This document shows positions 32,294-42,570 of a stretch of DNA of 64,000 bases, piece by piece. The stretch is from an uncultured Verrucomicrobiae bacterium. GTDB taxonomy: Bacteria; Verrucomicrobiota; Verrucomicrobiia; Chthoniobacterales; UBA10450. Position numbers and translations under genes: made by a program. Position 1 is the first letter of the stretch. Every line of letters begins with the position of its first letter. The stretch lies in NCBI GenBank assembly GCA_963834385.1, contig CAWIBO010000003.1, forward strand, positions 96,001 to 160,000, in the 5' to 3' direction. The notes beneath the pieces were generated by a model. That model worked only from the letters and a program-made list of their open reading frames with translations. It was not told the DNA's origin and made no database searches.

Positions 32294-33025
32294 CTATTTC
32301 ACGGCCGCCCAGACCCGATGGACGTCGTCGTGGTCTTCCAGGGTCTGGAGAAACTCGTGCACTTGGGTCCGTTCGTCCGCGGCGAGGTCGGGGTATGTCT
32401 TGGCAAGGTAGCCGAGTTCGCTTGTTACCACCGTCCACGCATGACCGGCCAGCCACTGCGAGACGGCATGGAGATCGGTCGGCGCGGTGATGAACCGCGC
32501 TCCCGTGGCGCCCTCCGGGATGTCGTCGTTCTCCTCGTGACGGAGCGGTTCCACCTCCTGCGCGCCGGCCTCGATCGCGGCCGCCTCGATATCGGCGCCG
32601 GCGTCGGCATGATGGGCTTCCACCAGTCCCGCGTGATCGAAGAGAAATTTGTTGCTGCCCGGGTTTCCAAGCTGGCCACGCTTGAAGAGGACACGGATTT
32701 CCGGGGCCGTCCGGTTCTTGTTGTCGGTCAGGACTTCGACGATGACGGGCACCTTGGCGGGCGCGTAGCCCTCGAAGACAATATGCTCCATGGCGAGCGT
32801 TTCAGTTCCGATACCCGCGCCTTTTTTGACGGCTCGCTCGATGACATCGCGGGAGACGCTGGCTTTCCTGGCTTTCTCCATGGCGGCAAAGAGCCGGGCG
32901 TTGCCGTTGGGATCGGCGCCGCCCAACTTGGCGGCAACCATGATTTCCTTGACCAGTTTGCCGGTGATCTGGCCCTTTTTCAGCCCGGCAACCTCCCGTT
33001 TTGCGTGCAACCATTGGCGACCCAT
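32294..33025 (-). CDS. yebC: YebC/PmpR family protein
   Basis: GGADPNGNARL, IERAVKK, FEGYAP, LTDNKNRT, LEDHDDVHRV. Confidence 0.93.
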   Translation of the reverse strand: MGRQWLHAKREVAGLKKGQITGKLVKEIMVAAKLGGADPNGNARLFAAMEKARKASVSRDVIERAVKKGAGIGTETLAMEHIVFEGYAPAKVPVIVEVLTDNKNRTAPEIRVLFKRGQLGNPGSNKFLFDHAGLVEAHHADAGADIEAAAIEAGAQEVEPLRHEENDDIPEGATGARFITAPTDLHAVSQWLAGHAWTVVTSELGYLAKTYPDLAADERTQVHEFLQTLEDHDDVHRVWAAVK

Positions 33026-33145
33026 GCGCCCGGTGTAACATGAGCGCGTCGACCTCACAAGGCTGACGCCCGCTGCGAGCGTCGCGTCCGCACTTTTTCC
33101 TAGGCCGCGCCGCGCGCAACCGGTAGCGTCCTTCCGAAGCACGGC

Positions 33146-34771
33146 GTGGCCTCGAAATTTCTAAAAACGAAAAGCCCGGAGCTGTTGATCCGGGAATCCG
33201 AAGCCCCGGAGCGGCAGATGAAGCGCTCCCTGACGGCCTTCGATCTCACCTGCCTTGGGATCGGCGCCATCATCGGCGCCGGGATTTTTGCCCTGGCTGG
33301 AACGGCGGCGGCGGGTGAATCCGCCCGGGTGGGCGAATCGCTGATCAAAACGCCGGTGCTCAATTTCCTGATTTCGTGGATCGGCGGAAGCGACCTTGTT
33401 TTTGGGCGGCCTGCGGCCGGCCCGGCGGTGGCTCTTTCCTTTGTGGTGGCGGCGCTGGCCTGCGGGTTCGCCGCGCTCTGCTACAGCGAACTGGCCTCGA
33501 TGATTCCGGTTTCCGGATCGGCCTACACCTATTCCTACGCCACCCTCGGCGAAGTGGTCGCGTGGATCATCGGCTGGGATCTGATTCTGGAATACGCGGT
33601 CGGGAACATGGCCGTGGCGGTCGGGTGGTCGGGCTATTTTGTGCAGCTGGTGGGCAATCTTCCCTTTGGCCTGGACATGAAATTCCCGCTCTGGCTCGTG
33701 ACCGATCATACCACCGCCGCCACCATTATCGCGAAGGGCGGCGCGGCCCTGGGCGACTATTCTTCGGTAGCCCTGCCGGTGATTGCAGGCATCCCCATCG
33801 CGATCAATCTGCCGGCCATCCTCGTGGTCGCCGCGGTGACCACCCTGCTGGTTTACGGCATCCGGGAGAGCGCCAAGGTCAACACCACGATCGTGATCGT
33901 GAAGGTGGCGGTGGTCGTCTTCGTCATCGCGCTGGGCGCGTTCATGGTGGACCCGGAAAACTGGCGTCCGTTCATGCCGAGCGGTTTCGCCGGGGTCATG
34001 AGCGGCGCGGCCATTGTCTTTTTCGCTTTCATTGGCTTCGACGCCGTCTCCACCACGGCGGAGGAGACAAGAAATCCGCGGCGCGATCTGCCCATCGGGA
34101 TGATCGCGAGCCTGATCATCTGCACGATTCTGTATGTCCTCATGGCGGGGGTGCTCACCGGGATGAAAAAATACACCGCCTACCTGGGCGATTCCGCCGC
34201 GGTGGCGAGCGCTTTTGCCAGCAAACCGTGGGCGCAGGCGATCATCAGCGCCGGGGCGCTGGCCGGCCTCACCTCGGTCCTGCTGGTTTTCCAGCTCGGC
34301 CAGCCCCGCATTTTCATGGCCATGTCGCGGGATGGTCTCCTTCCTCCCTATTTCTCGCGTTTGCATCCGCGGTTCCGTACCCCGCACGTCACCACCATCT
34401 GGACCGGGATCGTGGTGGGCGGGGTGGCCATGGTCACCGACATCGGTTCGCTGGCCGATCTGACCAATATCGGCACGCTCTTTGCCTTTGCCCTGGTGTG
34501 CGCCGGCGTCCTCGTCCTGCGTCGGACCGATCGGACCCGCCCGCGTCCGTTCCGGGTGCCGCTGGTCCCGCTCGTTCCGCTCCTCGGCATCCTGTTTTGC
34601 GTGGCTTTGATGCTCAGCCTGCCGATTGAAACCTGGATCCGTTTCCTGGTCTGGCTCGGGGCCGGTCTCCTGATCTATTTTGTCTACAGTTTCCGGCACA
34701 GCCGTCTGCAGCGCGGGATCGATACGGGTGACACCGAGGCGATCGTGCCGCCGGTGATCAAGCCGAAGTAA
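33146..34771 (+). CDS. Amino acid permease (APC family)
   Basis: LGIGAIIGAGIF, YSELASMIPVSGSAY, FFAFIGFD, AMSRDGLLP. Confidence 0.93.
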   Translation: MASKFLKTKSPELLIRESEAPERQMKRSLTAFDLTCLGIGAIIGAGIFALAGTAAAGESARVGESLIKTPVLNFLISWIGGSDLVFGRPAAGPAVALSFVVAALACGFAALCYSELASMIPVSGSAYTYSYATLGEVVAWIIGWDLILEYAVGNMAVAVGWSGYFVQLVGNLPFGLDMKFPLWLVTDHTTAATIIAKGGAALGDYSSVALPVIAGIPIAINLPAILVVAAVTTLLVYGIRESAKVNTTIVIVKVAVVVFVIALGAFMVDPENWRPFMPSGFAGVMSGAAIVFFAFIGFDAVSTTAEETRNPRRDLPIGMIASLIICTILYVLMAGVLTGMKKYTAYLGDSAAVASAFASKPWAQAIISAGALAGLTSVLLVFQLGQPRIFMAMSRDGLLPPYFSRLHPRFRTPHVTTIWTGIVVGGVAMVTDIGSLADLTNIGTLFAFALVCAGVLVLRRTDRTRPRPFRVPLVPLVPLLGILFCVALMLSLPIETWIRFLVWLGAGLLIYFVYSFRHSRLQRGIDTGDTEAIVPPVIKPK

Positions 34772-34777
34772 CCGGCG

Positions 34778-36583
34778 TCAAAAAGTCACCCGGTAAAAGA
34801 GCGCGTTGAGGCCGAGGACAACCGCGGACACGGCCACGCCCACGAGGAGTTTTCCGGCAACGGCAAGCCAGCCGCGGCGGACGGCGGGAATTTCCGCGGG
34901 CGATTTTTCGCGCCCGAGCAGCCACCAGGCGACCGCGGTGATGGAGGTCACGACGGCGAGGTAAAGGGCGACGATGCCCCAGGCCAGGCCGCTGAACTGC
35001 GAAAAGGGCAGGGGTTCCACGCCGACGAAGCGCAACCGGGCAAACAGGACACAAAGAAGGCCGTTGAGCGCGAGGAGAGGCAGGGCAAAGAGCGCGCCGC
35101 GGAAGCGAAGCTCGCGCCAGAACCAGACCCAGCCGAAAAGAGCGAGCGCATGGTAAGGGACCATGATGTGCAGACTGAAAATGGCGGGAATCCGGTAGAG
35201 CACCCCGATGAACAAGGTGGGGGCGAGATAAAGGGTCAGGGCGATGAGGCCGGCGCGCGGGCGACGCAGCGCGAGCAAAACGCCGGCAAGCACAAACGGC
35301 AGGGTGATGGCGCCGGCGGTGGCCGGCACGGTGCGCAGCTCGGTTTGAAAAAGCAGGGAGGAAACGCGGGTGAGCAGGCTGTGGTCGAGTTGCCACTGGC
35401 GCCAGAAATGCGCCGGATAAAGGCTGATCGCGATGTTGCGCCCGGGCAGGCGGCCGAGGCTTTCCGCGGTGTGCCGGGCGTGGAAACGCCGCGCCAATTC
35501 CGGGCGGGGCACGGTTTCCGCCTCCTTCATCGAGGTATCGTAAAGGTAAAAGGCGAAGAGACTTTGCCGCGCCTCGACCGCGCGCGTCAGGGCGAACCAG
35601 CCGCCGATGAACAGGGCGCAGACGGTGGCGAAGATGAGCACGTGCCGCCAGGGAGTGCGGCCGCCGGCGAGAGGGAAAAAGGCGCGCCCGATCTGCAAGG
35701 CGCCGAAACCCAGGAGGAAAGGCAGGACCGAGGAGTGAAGATGAAACGCGGCGGCGCAAAGAATTGCCTGCAAGACCGGGGCGCGTCCCTGGAGGAAAAG
35801 AGCGAAGGCAAGCAGGATGGGGTAGGTGGAGCCGAACTTCATCCACCCACCGAAATTCGTGAGGAGAAAGAGGCCGCTCAGCGCGGTGGTGGCCGTGGCC
35901 AGGAGCGCGCCGGCGGAGCCGGCGAGGCGCCGGAAAAGGAGGGCCACCCCGAAGAGGTAAAGATTGTTCACCAGCCAGCAAAAGCAGTGATAAAAGCGCA
36001 GCGAACCCGCGGGGTATTGCCAGGCGTTTTCGGTCAGCGGCAACTGGAAGAGCTTGAAAAAGAAGAGCGCGGCGTAACCGGCCAGATGGGGCCGGTCGAA
36101 AAGATCGCTCGTGCCATAGAAGGGTGATTCGGGGTAGGTGCGTTTTTCCGCGGCAAACAAGGCCTGGTGCCAGGAGAACATCTGGTCGGGCGGCGAAACT
36201 CCCGTGGCATGGTAGATCGTCCAGATCTCATCGCTCCCCGGGCGCATGAGCTGCCAGAGGTTCAAGAGCAGAAACTGCATGATGAAGAGGCCGGCAAAGG
36301 CCAGTCCCGTGAAGAGGAGCAATGAGTCCGGCCGGATTCGACCGCGCGCGGGGTCCAGGAGGGCGCGGACCGCCAGCCCCGCCACCAGGAGGAGGGCGGC
36401 GGGAATCAGGAGATCATGGGTATGACTGGCGACAAACGCCACCGCGGCCACGGCCACCAAACCGAGGGCAGGGGCAAAATAGAGGCGGTCTTCCGCCGCG
36501 ACCGCGCCGGGCGCGACCCAGCGCAGCAGAATCCATCCGAAAAGCCAGATGAGGCAGATTGAAAAAAGCGCGAGCAGTTCCAC
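34778..36583 (-). CDS. Hypothetical polytopic membrane protein (start uncertain, could extend to 36649)
   Basis: Long ORF with more than 10 hydrophobic segments and extracytoplasmic loops. Confidence 0.65.
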   Translation of the reverse strand: MELLALFSICLIWLFGWILLRWVAPGAVAAEDRLYFAPALGLVAVAAVAFVASHTHDLLIPAALLLVAGLAVRALLDPARGRIRPDSLLLFTGLAFAGLFIMQFLLLNLWQLMRPGSDEIWTIYHATGVSPPDQMFSWHQALFAAEKRTYPESPFYGTSDLFDRPHLAGYAALFFFKLFQLPLTENAWQYPAGSLRFYHCFCWLVNNLYLFGVALLFRRLAGSAGALLATATTALSGLFLLTNFGGWMKFGSTYPILLAFALFLQGRAPVLQAILCAAAFHLHSSVLPFLLGFGALQIGRAFFPLAGGRTPWRHVLIFATVCALFIGGWFALTRAVEARQSLFAFYLYDTSMKEAETVPRPELARRFHARHTAESLGRLPGRNIAISLYPAHFWRQWQLDHSLLTRVSSLLFQTELRTVPATAGAITLPFVLAGVLLALRRPRAGLIALTLYLAPTLFIGVLYRIPAIFSLHIMVPYHALALFGWVWFWRELRFRGALFALPLLALNGLLCVLFARLRFVGVEPLPFSQFSGLAWGIVALYLAVVTSITAVAWWLLGREKSPAEIPAVRRGWLAVAGKLLVGVAVSAVVLGLNALFYRVTF

Positions 36584-36676
36584 CGGGATTCCGCCCGCCC
36601 GGTGAGCGCGCGAGGTTTCAGTCTGGCCTCGGGAGAAGGCCGAGAGCAAGAGCGAAGGGGGCCGCCAGGTACGCGC

Positions 36677-36714
36677 AAAAAAGAAACGGCCTCACCGTGT
36701 TCCGGTGAGGCCGT
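36677..36714 (-). terminator. Rho-independent terminator
   Basis: Minus strand ACGGCCTCACCG-gaaca-CGGTGAGGCCGT followed by TTCTTTTTT. Confidence 0.8.
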
Positions 36715-36750
36715 GCTTAAATGCCTGTCTTACGAGGCGGAGCCGGGGGC

Positions 36751-37203
36751 TTAGGCGGCTTTTTGGAACGACGCTTTGTCGTCCACATCGAGCCACTGGA
36801 AAAGGGTGGTCGAGGCCGGGTCAAGGCCGAGGGGTTTGGTTTGTTCCTCAAACCATTCCCGCTTCTCCGGGTTATCGTAGGGGTTATAGGAGATTTTCTC
36901 GGCGCACCATTGTTCCTTCTCAGCCTCGGTCTTTGAGGCGCCATGCTGGTCGAGCCACTGGGCCAGTTCGTCGTCCGTGGCCCCTTTTTCCACCTCCGTC
37001 TTGAAATCGGCCCCCTGCACGCCTTTCCATTCGAAGAGCATCTGGTCCAGCGGGCAATCAAAGTGATATTCGCCGATGTTGCCGCCAATGAGGGCACGGC
37101 ACTTGTCGATGGTGCGCCCGAGGATGACGTAGCCGCCGATCCTGGTGTGCGGGCTGCGCGGCGCTTCCCTGGTCAAATCTTTCCCGATAACAGCTCTGTT
37201 CAT
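36751..37203 (-). CDS. DUF5069-like protein
   Basis: DLTREAPRSP, LGRTIDKCRA, GEYHFDCPLD. Confidence 0.75.
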   Translation of the reverse strand: MNRAVIGKDLTREAPRSPHTRIGGYVILGRTIDKCRALIGGNIGEYHFDCPLDQMLFEWKGVQGADFKTEVEKGATDDELAQWLDQHGASKTEAEKEQWCAEKISYNPYDNPEKREWFEEQTKPLGLDPASTTLFQWLDVDDKASFQKAA

Positions 37204-37291
37204 GCGCAGAGGCTAGGTCTTCCCGGGGAGGGCGCAAGTAACGTTGCCGCAACAATGCACCCAAGGAGAGGGGCGCCTGCGAATCCCTTGT

Positions 37292-37750
37292 ATGGCACAA
37301 GCAAAAGAAACTGTTTCAACGATTAACAGCCTGATCGCGACCCTGAAAGACGGGCAGGAAGGCTTCAAACAGGCGGCGGACGCCGTCAACGACAGCTCAC
37401 TCAAGTCTCTCTTCACCGAGTATTCCACCCAGCGCGCGAAGTTCGCCGGGGAACTGCAAAGCGAAGTGAGCGGTCTGGGCGAGGGCAAGCCCGAGACCGA
37501 GAGCAGCACCGCGGGCGCGATGCATCGCGCCTGGATCGACCTCAAGGCGGCCATCACCTCGCAGGATGAGCATGCCATCCTGGCGGAGTGTGAGCGGGGC
37601 GAGGATGTCGCCGTGTCGGAATATAAAAAGGCGATGGAGGCGGATCTCGTCAGCCCGCTGCGCGAGACCGTTTCGCGCCAGTATGGCGAGGTGAAAAATG
37701 CGCACGACCGCGTGCGCAACCTGCGCGACAGCCGCAAGGCGTCGGCCTAA
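37292..37750 (+). CDS. PA2169/DUF2383 ferritin-like four-helix bundle protein
   Basis: LIATLKDGQEGF, GAMHRAWIDLK, ECERGED. Confidence 0.88.
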   Translation: MAQAKETVSTINSLIATLKDGQEGFKQAADAVNDSSLKSLFTEYSTQRAKFAGELQSEVSGLGEGKPETESSTAGAMHRAWIDLKAAITSQDEHAILAECERGEDVAVSEYKKAMEADLVSPLRETVSRQYGEVKNAHDRVRNLRDSRKASA

Positions 37751-37836
37751 AGTCGCCGGTTCTTCCGCATCGCCCCGGGTCAGCTTGCTGGCCCGGGGCG
37801 AATTGCATTGTGGGCCGGATTCTCCGACCCTTTGGG

Positions 37837-38244
37837 ATGGTCAAAGTTTCCGTTCGCTACACCGGCGACCTGCATTGTTCCGCCACGCACGGTCCCTCCG
37901 GGGACGAGGTCGCGACCGACGCGCCGGTTGATAACAAGGGGAAGGGGCAGGCCTTTTCCCCGACCGACCTGGTCGCGACCGCCCTCGGCACCTGCATGCT
38001 CACGACCATGGCGATCGTGGGCGAAAAACACGGGGTGGACCTGGCGGGGACGACCGCCAGCGTGACGAAGGAGATGACCGACGCGCCGCGTCGCATCGGG
38101 CGACTGGTCGCGGAGATTCGTCTGCCCTTGCCCGAAAACCATCCGCAAAGAGACGTGCTCGAGCAGGCCGCCCTGAACTGTCCGGTCCACCGCAGCCTGG
38201 CCGCGGAGATGGAGCGGCCGACCCGGTTTTTCTGGGAAGGCTGA
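37837..38244 (+). CDS. OsmC family protein
   Basis: TDAPVDNKGKG..FSPTDL, LGTC, CPVHRSL. Confidence 0.9.
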   Translation: MVKVSVRYTGDLHCSATHGPSGDEVATDAPVDNKGKGQAFSPTDLVATALGTCMLTTMAIVGEKHGVDLAGTTASVTKEMTDAPRRIGRLVAEIRLPLPENHPQRDVLEQAALNCPVHRSLAAEMERPTRFFWEG

Positions 38245-39290
38245 TTACTGGCCGAGCACCCAGGCGAAAATGAGCGGCGCGCAGATGGTGGCGTCGCTTT
38301 CGACCACGAACTTCGGGGTGGAGGCGGCCAGTTTGCCCCAGGTGATCTTCTCGTTCGGCACGGCGCCCGAGTAGCTCCCGTAACTGGTGGTGGAATCGCT
38401 GATCTGGCAGAAGTAACCCCAGAGAGGGACCCCGGTGCGTCCGAGGTCCTGGTGCAGCATCGGGACAACGCAAATCGGGAAATCGCCGGCAATGCCGCCG
38501 CCGATCTGGAAAAAGCCGATCGAGCCCTCGCCGTTGCGCAGTTTCTTCGCGCTCTTCGTGTAGCGCTCCGCCAGGGAGGTCATGTACTCGATGCCCGTGC
38601 GGACGGTGTGAACGTTTTTAACGTCGCCGCGCATGACCGCCGCGGCGTACATGTTGCCGAGGGTGGCGTCTTCCCAGCCGGGCACAATGATGGGCAGATT
38701 TTTTTCGCTGGCCGCCATGACCCACGAATTCTTGGGGTCGATCTGGTAACTTTTTTTCAGTTTTCCGCTGCGCAGGATTTTGTAGGCGAACTCATGCGGG
38801 AAATAACGCTCGCCGGCGCGGTCGGCCGCGACCCACTCCGCCAGGACCGCCTTTTCGATCCGCCGCATCGCTTCCATCTCGGGGATGCAGGTGTCGGTGA
38901 CCCGGTTCATGTGGCGGGAAAGAAGGCGCTGTTCGTCCTGCGGGGTGAGTTCGCGGTAGTGCGGCACCCGTTCGTAATGGTCGTGCGCCACGAGGTTGAA
39001 GATGTCCTCCTCGAGGTTGGCGCCGGTGCAGACGATGAGGTGCACCTTGTCGCGCCGGATCATCTCGGCCAGGGAAATTCCGAGCTCGGCGGTGGACATG
39101 GCGCCGGCGAGGGTCACGAGCATTTTGCCGCCGGCGGCCAGGTGGGCCTCGTAGCCCTTGGCGGCGTCGAGGAGCGAGGCGGCGTTAAAGTGGCGGTAAT
39201 TCTGCGCGATAAACTGCGAGACGGGCCCCTTTTTCGCGGCCAGGGCGGCGTTGGTTTCTTCCGGGCTTTTCGAGCTCGTCTGGATTTCAT
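38245..39290 (-). CDS. Deoxyhypusine synthase-like protein (frameshift near 39225)
   Basis: NYRHFNAA, LAGAMSTAELG, TGANLEED, IGGGIAGDF, GSYSGAVPNEKITWGK, ESDATI. Confidence 0.9.
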
Positions 39291-40243
39291 TGCGGGGAAC
39301 CTTTCGTGTGGTCCGGGTAGAGCCATTTCATGTAATCGGCCACGCCCTGCTCGAGGGGATAGCGCGGCTCGTATCCGAGGGCGGACCGCACCCTCGAGAG
39401 GTCGGCCTGGGTGAAGTTCTGGTAATGCGCGTGGGGATTATCGATGAAGTCGGGTTGCAGGCTGGTCCCGAGGCAGCGGTTCAGGATGTCGACCAGCTCG
39501 GCAAAGGAGCGTGACTGTCCGCTCCCAAGATTGAAGATGCCGCTCGCGCCGGCCTCGAGCCCGAGGATGCTGCCGGCGACGATGTCCTTCACGTAAACGA
39601 AATCGCGGCGTTGCTCGCCGAACTTGAAAATCCGGGGGCGCTGGCCCGCGATCATTTGGCGTGAGAGATGGAAGATCATGCTGGCCGGCACGCCCTTGTG
39701 GGCCTCGCGCGGACCGTAGACGTTGAAATAACGCAGGCCGATGATGCGCCAGTCGGCCACTTCCGCGGCGGCCCGGCGGGCGAGGTTATCCATGATCGCC
39801 TTGGAAAAAGCGTAAACGTTCGCGGGGGCGGCCTCGCTCCCTTCCGCGCTCGGCTCGCTCGTATTGCCGTAGGTGGAGGCGGAGGAGGCGAAAATGACGC
39901 GGGTGCGGTGGGGACGGGCAAAGGCCAGGAGCCGGCGGAAGCTTTCCACGTTGTCGTGCACCTGCTCGAACTGGTCGTGGTTGGTCGTGTCCGTGATCGA
40001 GGCGAGATGAAAGATGGCGTCGAAGCGTTCGGTCTGGAAATGGGCGTTCCAGTCGAAATGGGCGAGGTCGGCGGCGACGAAATCGCCGCGGTAACCGGCA
40101 AGATTCTTGAAATCGCCCGAGCGGAAATCGTCGATCACGGTCAGGCGCGTCTCCGGGAATTTTTCCTGGAGGGCGAGGACGAGGTTCGATCCGACGAAGC
40201 CGGCCCCGCCGGTTACGAGCAGGTGGGAGGGGGCGGAATGCAT
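39287..40243 (-). CDS. hldD: ADP-L-glycero-D-manno-heptose 6-epimerase
   Basis: VTGGAGFVGSN, ASSASTYG, PANVYAFSK, LRYFNVYGPREAHKG, YQNFTQAD. Confidence 0.88.
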   Translation of the reverse strand: MHSAPSHLLVTGGAGFVGSNLVLALQEKFPETRLTVIDDFRSGDFKNLAGYRGDFVAADLAHFDWNAHFQTERFDAIFHLASITDTTNHDQFEQVHDNVESFRRLLAFARPHRTRVIFASSASTYGNTSEPSAEGSEAAPANVYAFSKAIMDNLARRAAAEVADWRIIGLRYFNVYGPREAHKGVPASMIFHLSRQMIAGQRPRIFKFGEQRRDFVYVKDIVAGSILGLEAGASGIFNLGSGQSRSFAELVDILNRCLGTSLQPDFIDNPHAHYQNFTQADLSRVRSALGYEPRYPLEQGVADYMKWLYPDHTKGSPQ

Positions 40244-40309
40244 CCCGGCGATTATTCGCCTTGAGCAGGCAAGCGCAAGCGGCTAGTTGTCGCTCCAGTT
40301 CTTTGCGAG

Positions 40310-40490
40310 TCTTGGATAGTGGATCGGCGCGAGAAATCCCGTGTGAACCGGGAGCAGTTGCGCTGCTGTAACTGGATACGACTTCCCAGAGGCCAGTCCC
40401 CGGAGAACCGGGGGTGAAGGCGGGAAGAAGGTGCGGTGCGACAGGGGTCGCGCCCGTGAGGCCAGGAGCCAGAATATTCGTCCGTTCCAC
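40310..40490 (+). ncRNA. Cobalamin riboswitch (variant; boundaries approximate)
   Basis: AGAAATCCCGTGTGAACCGGGA...GCTGCTGTAAC, GCCAGT...GAAGGC and a B12-box-like GAGCCAGAATA, upstream of a TonB-dependent receptor. Confidence 0.75.
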
Positions 40491-40606
40491 CTCATTCGCG
40501 GCTGCGGGTGCAGACGCGGAAAACTTCTTCGCAAAAAAGAAGAATGAGAGCAGTGGACCGCCGCAGCCCGGCCTTCCTCCGCTTCTCAACCACGGAGGAA
40601 AATCGA

Positions 40607-42518
40607 ATGTTCAGTTCAAGGAATGGCCCGGCGCGTCCGGGTCGTGTGTCGGTCCTGGCGGCGGCGTTGATGGTTTATGCCGGGAGCGCCCTGGCCCAGG
40701 TGGCGACATCGCCACGGCTGGCCGTGGGCGGAGGAAGAGGCGGAGATCGTGATCACGGCCACCCGGCTCGAGGTGGCGGAGGAAAACTCGCCCGCCAGCA
40801 TCAGCGTGATCCGCTCCGAGAATCTCGAGCGGCGGCAGGTCATCCGCGTGGCCGAGGCGCTGCGGCAGGTGCCGGGACTTTCCGTGGTGCAAACGGGGGC
40901 GCCCGGGCAGCTCACCTCCGTTTTTACCCGGGGTCTGCGCAGCGAACACACGCAGGTGCTGCTCGACGGCATTCCCCTCAACCAGGGCCTGGCCGGGCTC
41001 TTCAATTTTGCCGATCTGGCCGTGGATAATATCGACCGGATCGAGGTGGTGCGCGGCCCGCAAAGTCCGCTCTACGGCCCCCGCGCCCTGGCCGGCGCGA
41101 TCCAGGTCTTTACCCGGCGCGGCGACGGAAAACCGCGCGCCACGATCACCGCGGAAGGCGGTTCGTTTGGCACTTTCCGCGAATCCATCGGGAGCGAAGG
41201 CAGCTTCGGCGACTTCGATTATTCCATCGGGGCCAGCCGGTTCGACTCCGATTTCGAGCGTCGCAACAGCGAGTATCGCCGGAGCAACGCGCTCGCCAGC
41301 CTCGGCTGGTCGCCCGATCCACGCTTCCGGCTGGGCACTCTCCTGGCCTATTCCCTGGCGGATGCCGGAAGCCCCAACTCGATTTTTTCGCCGCGGCCCC
41401 TCGACAATCTGCTCACGGAACGCTGGCTGGTCGCGCCCCGCATAGATTTCACGCCGGTGGAATGGTGGCGGCACCAGTTGATCGTCAGCTACGACCACGA
41501 ACGGCAGGTGAACGACCCGAACGACGACGGGTTCGTCGGGCCGACCCGCGCCCTCTTCCGGCGTTTGACGATTGATTACCAGAACGATGTCAGCCCGGCG
41601 CGGTGGCTGACGCTCACGACTGGCTACTTTTTCAGTTCGGTCGAGGCCGGACAGGAGCGGCCGTTTGTCTCGCAGCTGTTCGGTCCGCAGCCGACCTTCA
41701 TCAGCGACGAGACCCGCCAGCATGGCCTCCTGGCCCAGGTCACGGTGACGCCATGGGAAGAGTTGATCCTGACGGCGGGTGGCCGTTTCGATCACTTCAA
41801 CCAGTTCGGCGGAGTCTGGACATGGCGCGTCGCGGGCAGCTACCGGATCGCAGCAAGTGACACGGTCCTGCATGCCAGCGCGGGGACCGGTTTCAGTCCG
41901 CCCAGCAGTCAGGACAAAATTTTCGGAAACAATTTCGATCTGGATCCGGAACGGGGGCGCGGCTGGGACGCCGGGGTGCGCCAGAAATTCTGGGAGGGTC
42001 GGATCGCACTGGGTGCGACCTGGTTCGAAAACCGGCTGACGAACCTGATCGGTTTCAGCGGCCTCTTTGAAACGCTGAACCTCGGAGCGGCCCGGACGCG
42101 CGGGCTTGAGTTCGAAGCCGTGGTCGAGCCGTTTCCGGAGCTGAGTTTCCGGGCGAGCTATACCTTCCTCGAAGCGATCAAGACCTCCGCCGCGGACATC
42201 GCCCAGCCGGAGGGGGCGCGTCTGCCGCGGCGTCCCCGGCATGAGGGATACTTTTCCGCGAGCTACCGATGGTTTGGGAAGCTGCGCACGACCGTGGAAA
42301 CGAAGGTGGTCAGCGCGCGGGAGGAACTGAGCTTTGGCGGTCCGAATTTCGATATCGAGGATTACGCCGTGATCAACCTGGCGGCGGAATACCCGCTGAC
42401 GCCGGACGTTGTCCTTTACGGCCGGGTGGAGAACCTGACCGACGAGCAGTATGCGGAGGTGTTCGGCTTTCCCGCGCTGGGGCGCGGCGCCTACGCGGGC
42501 GTGAGGGTGAACTTCTGA
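40607..42518 (+). CDS. TonB-dependent receptor, BtuB-like (frameshift near 40725)
   Basis: Signal peptide, TonB box EIVITATR, plug (RGL..EHTQVLLDG, IDRIEVVRGPQS.LYG), C-terminal GVRVNF. Confidence 0.9.
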
Positions 42519-42570
42519 GGCCGGGGCGCGCAGACTTGAAGGCGCCGTTGGTTTGCCGTACTTCGACGGG

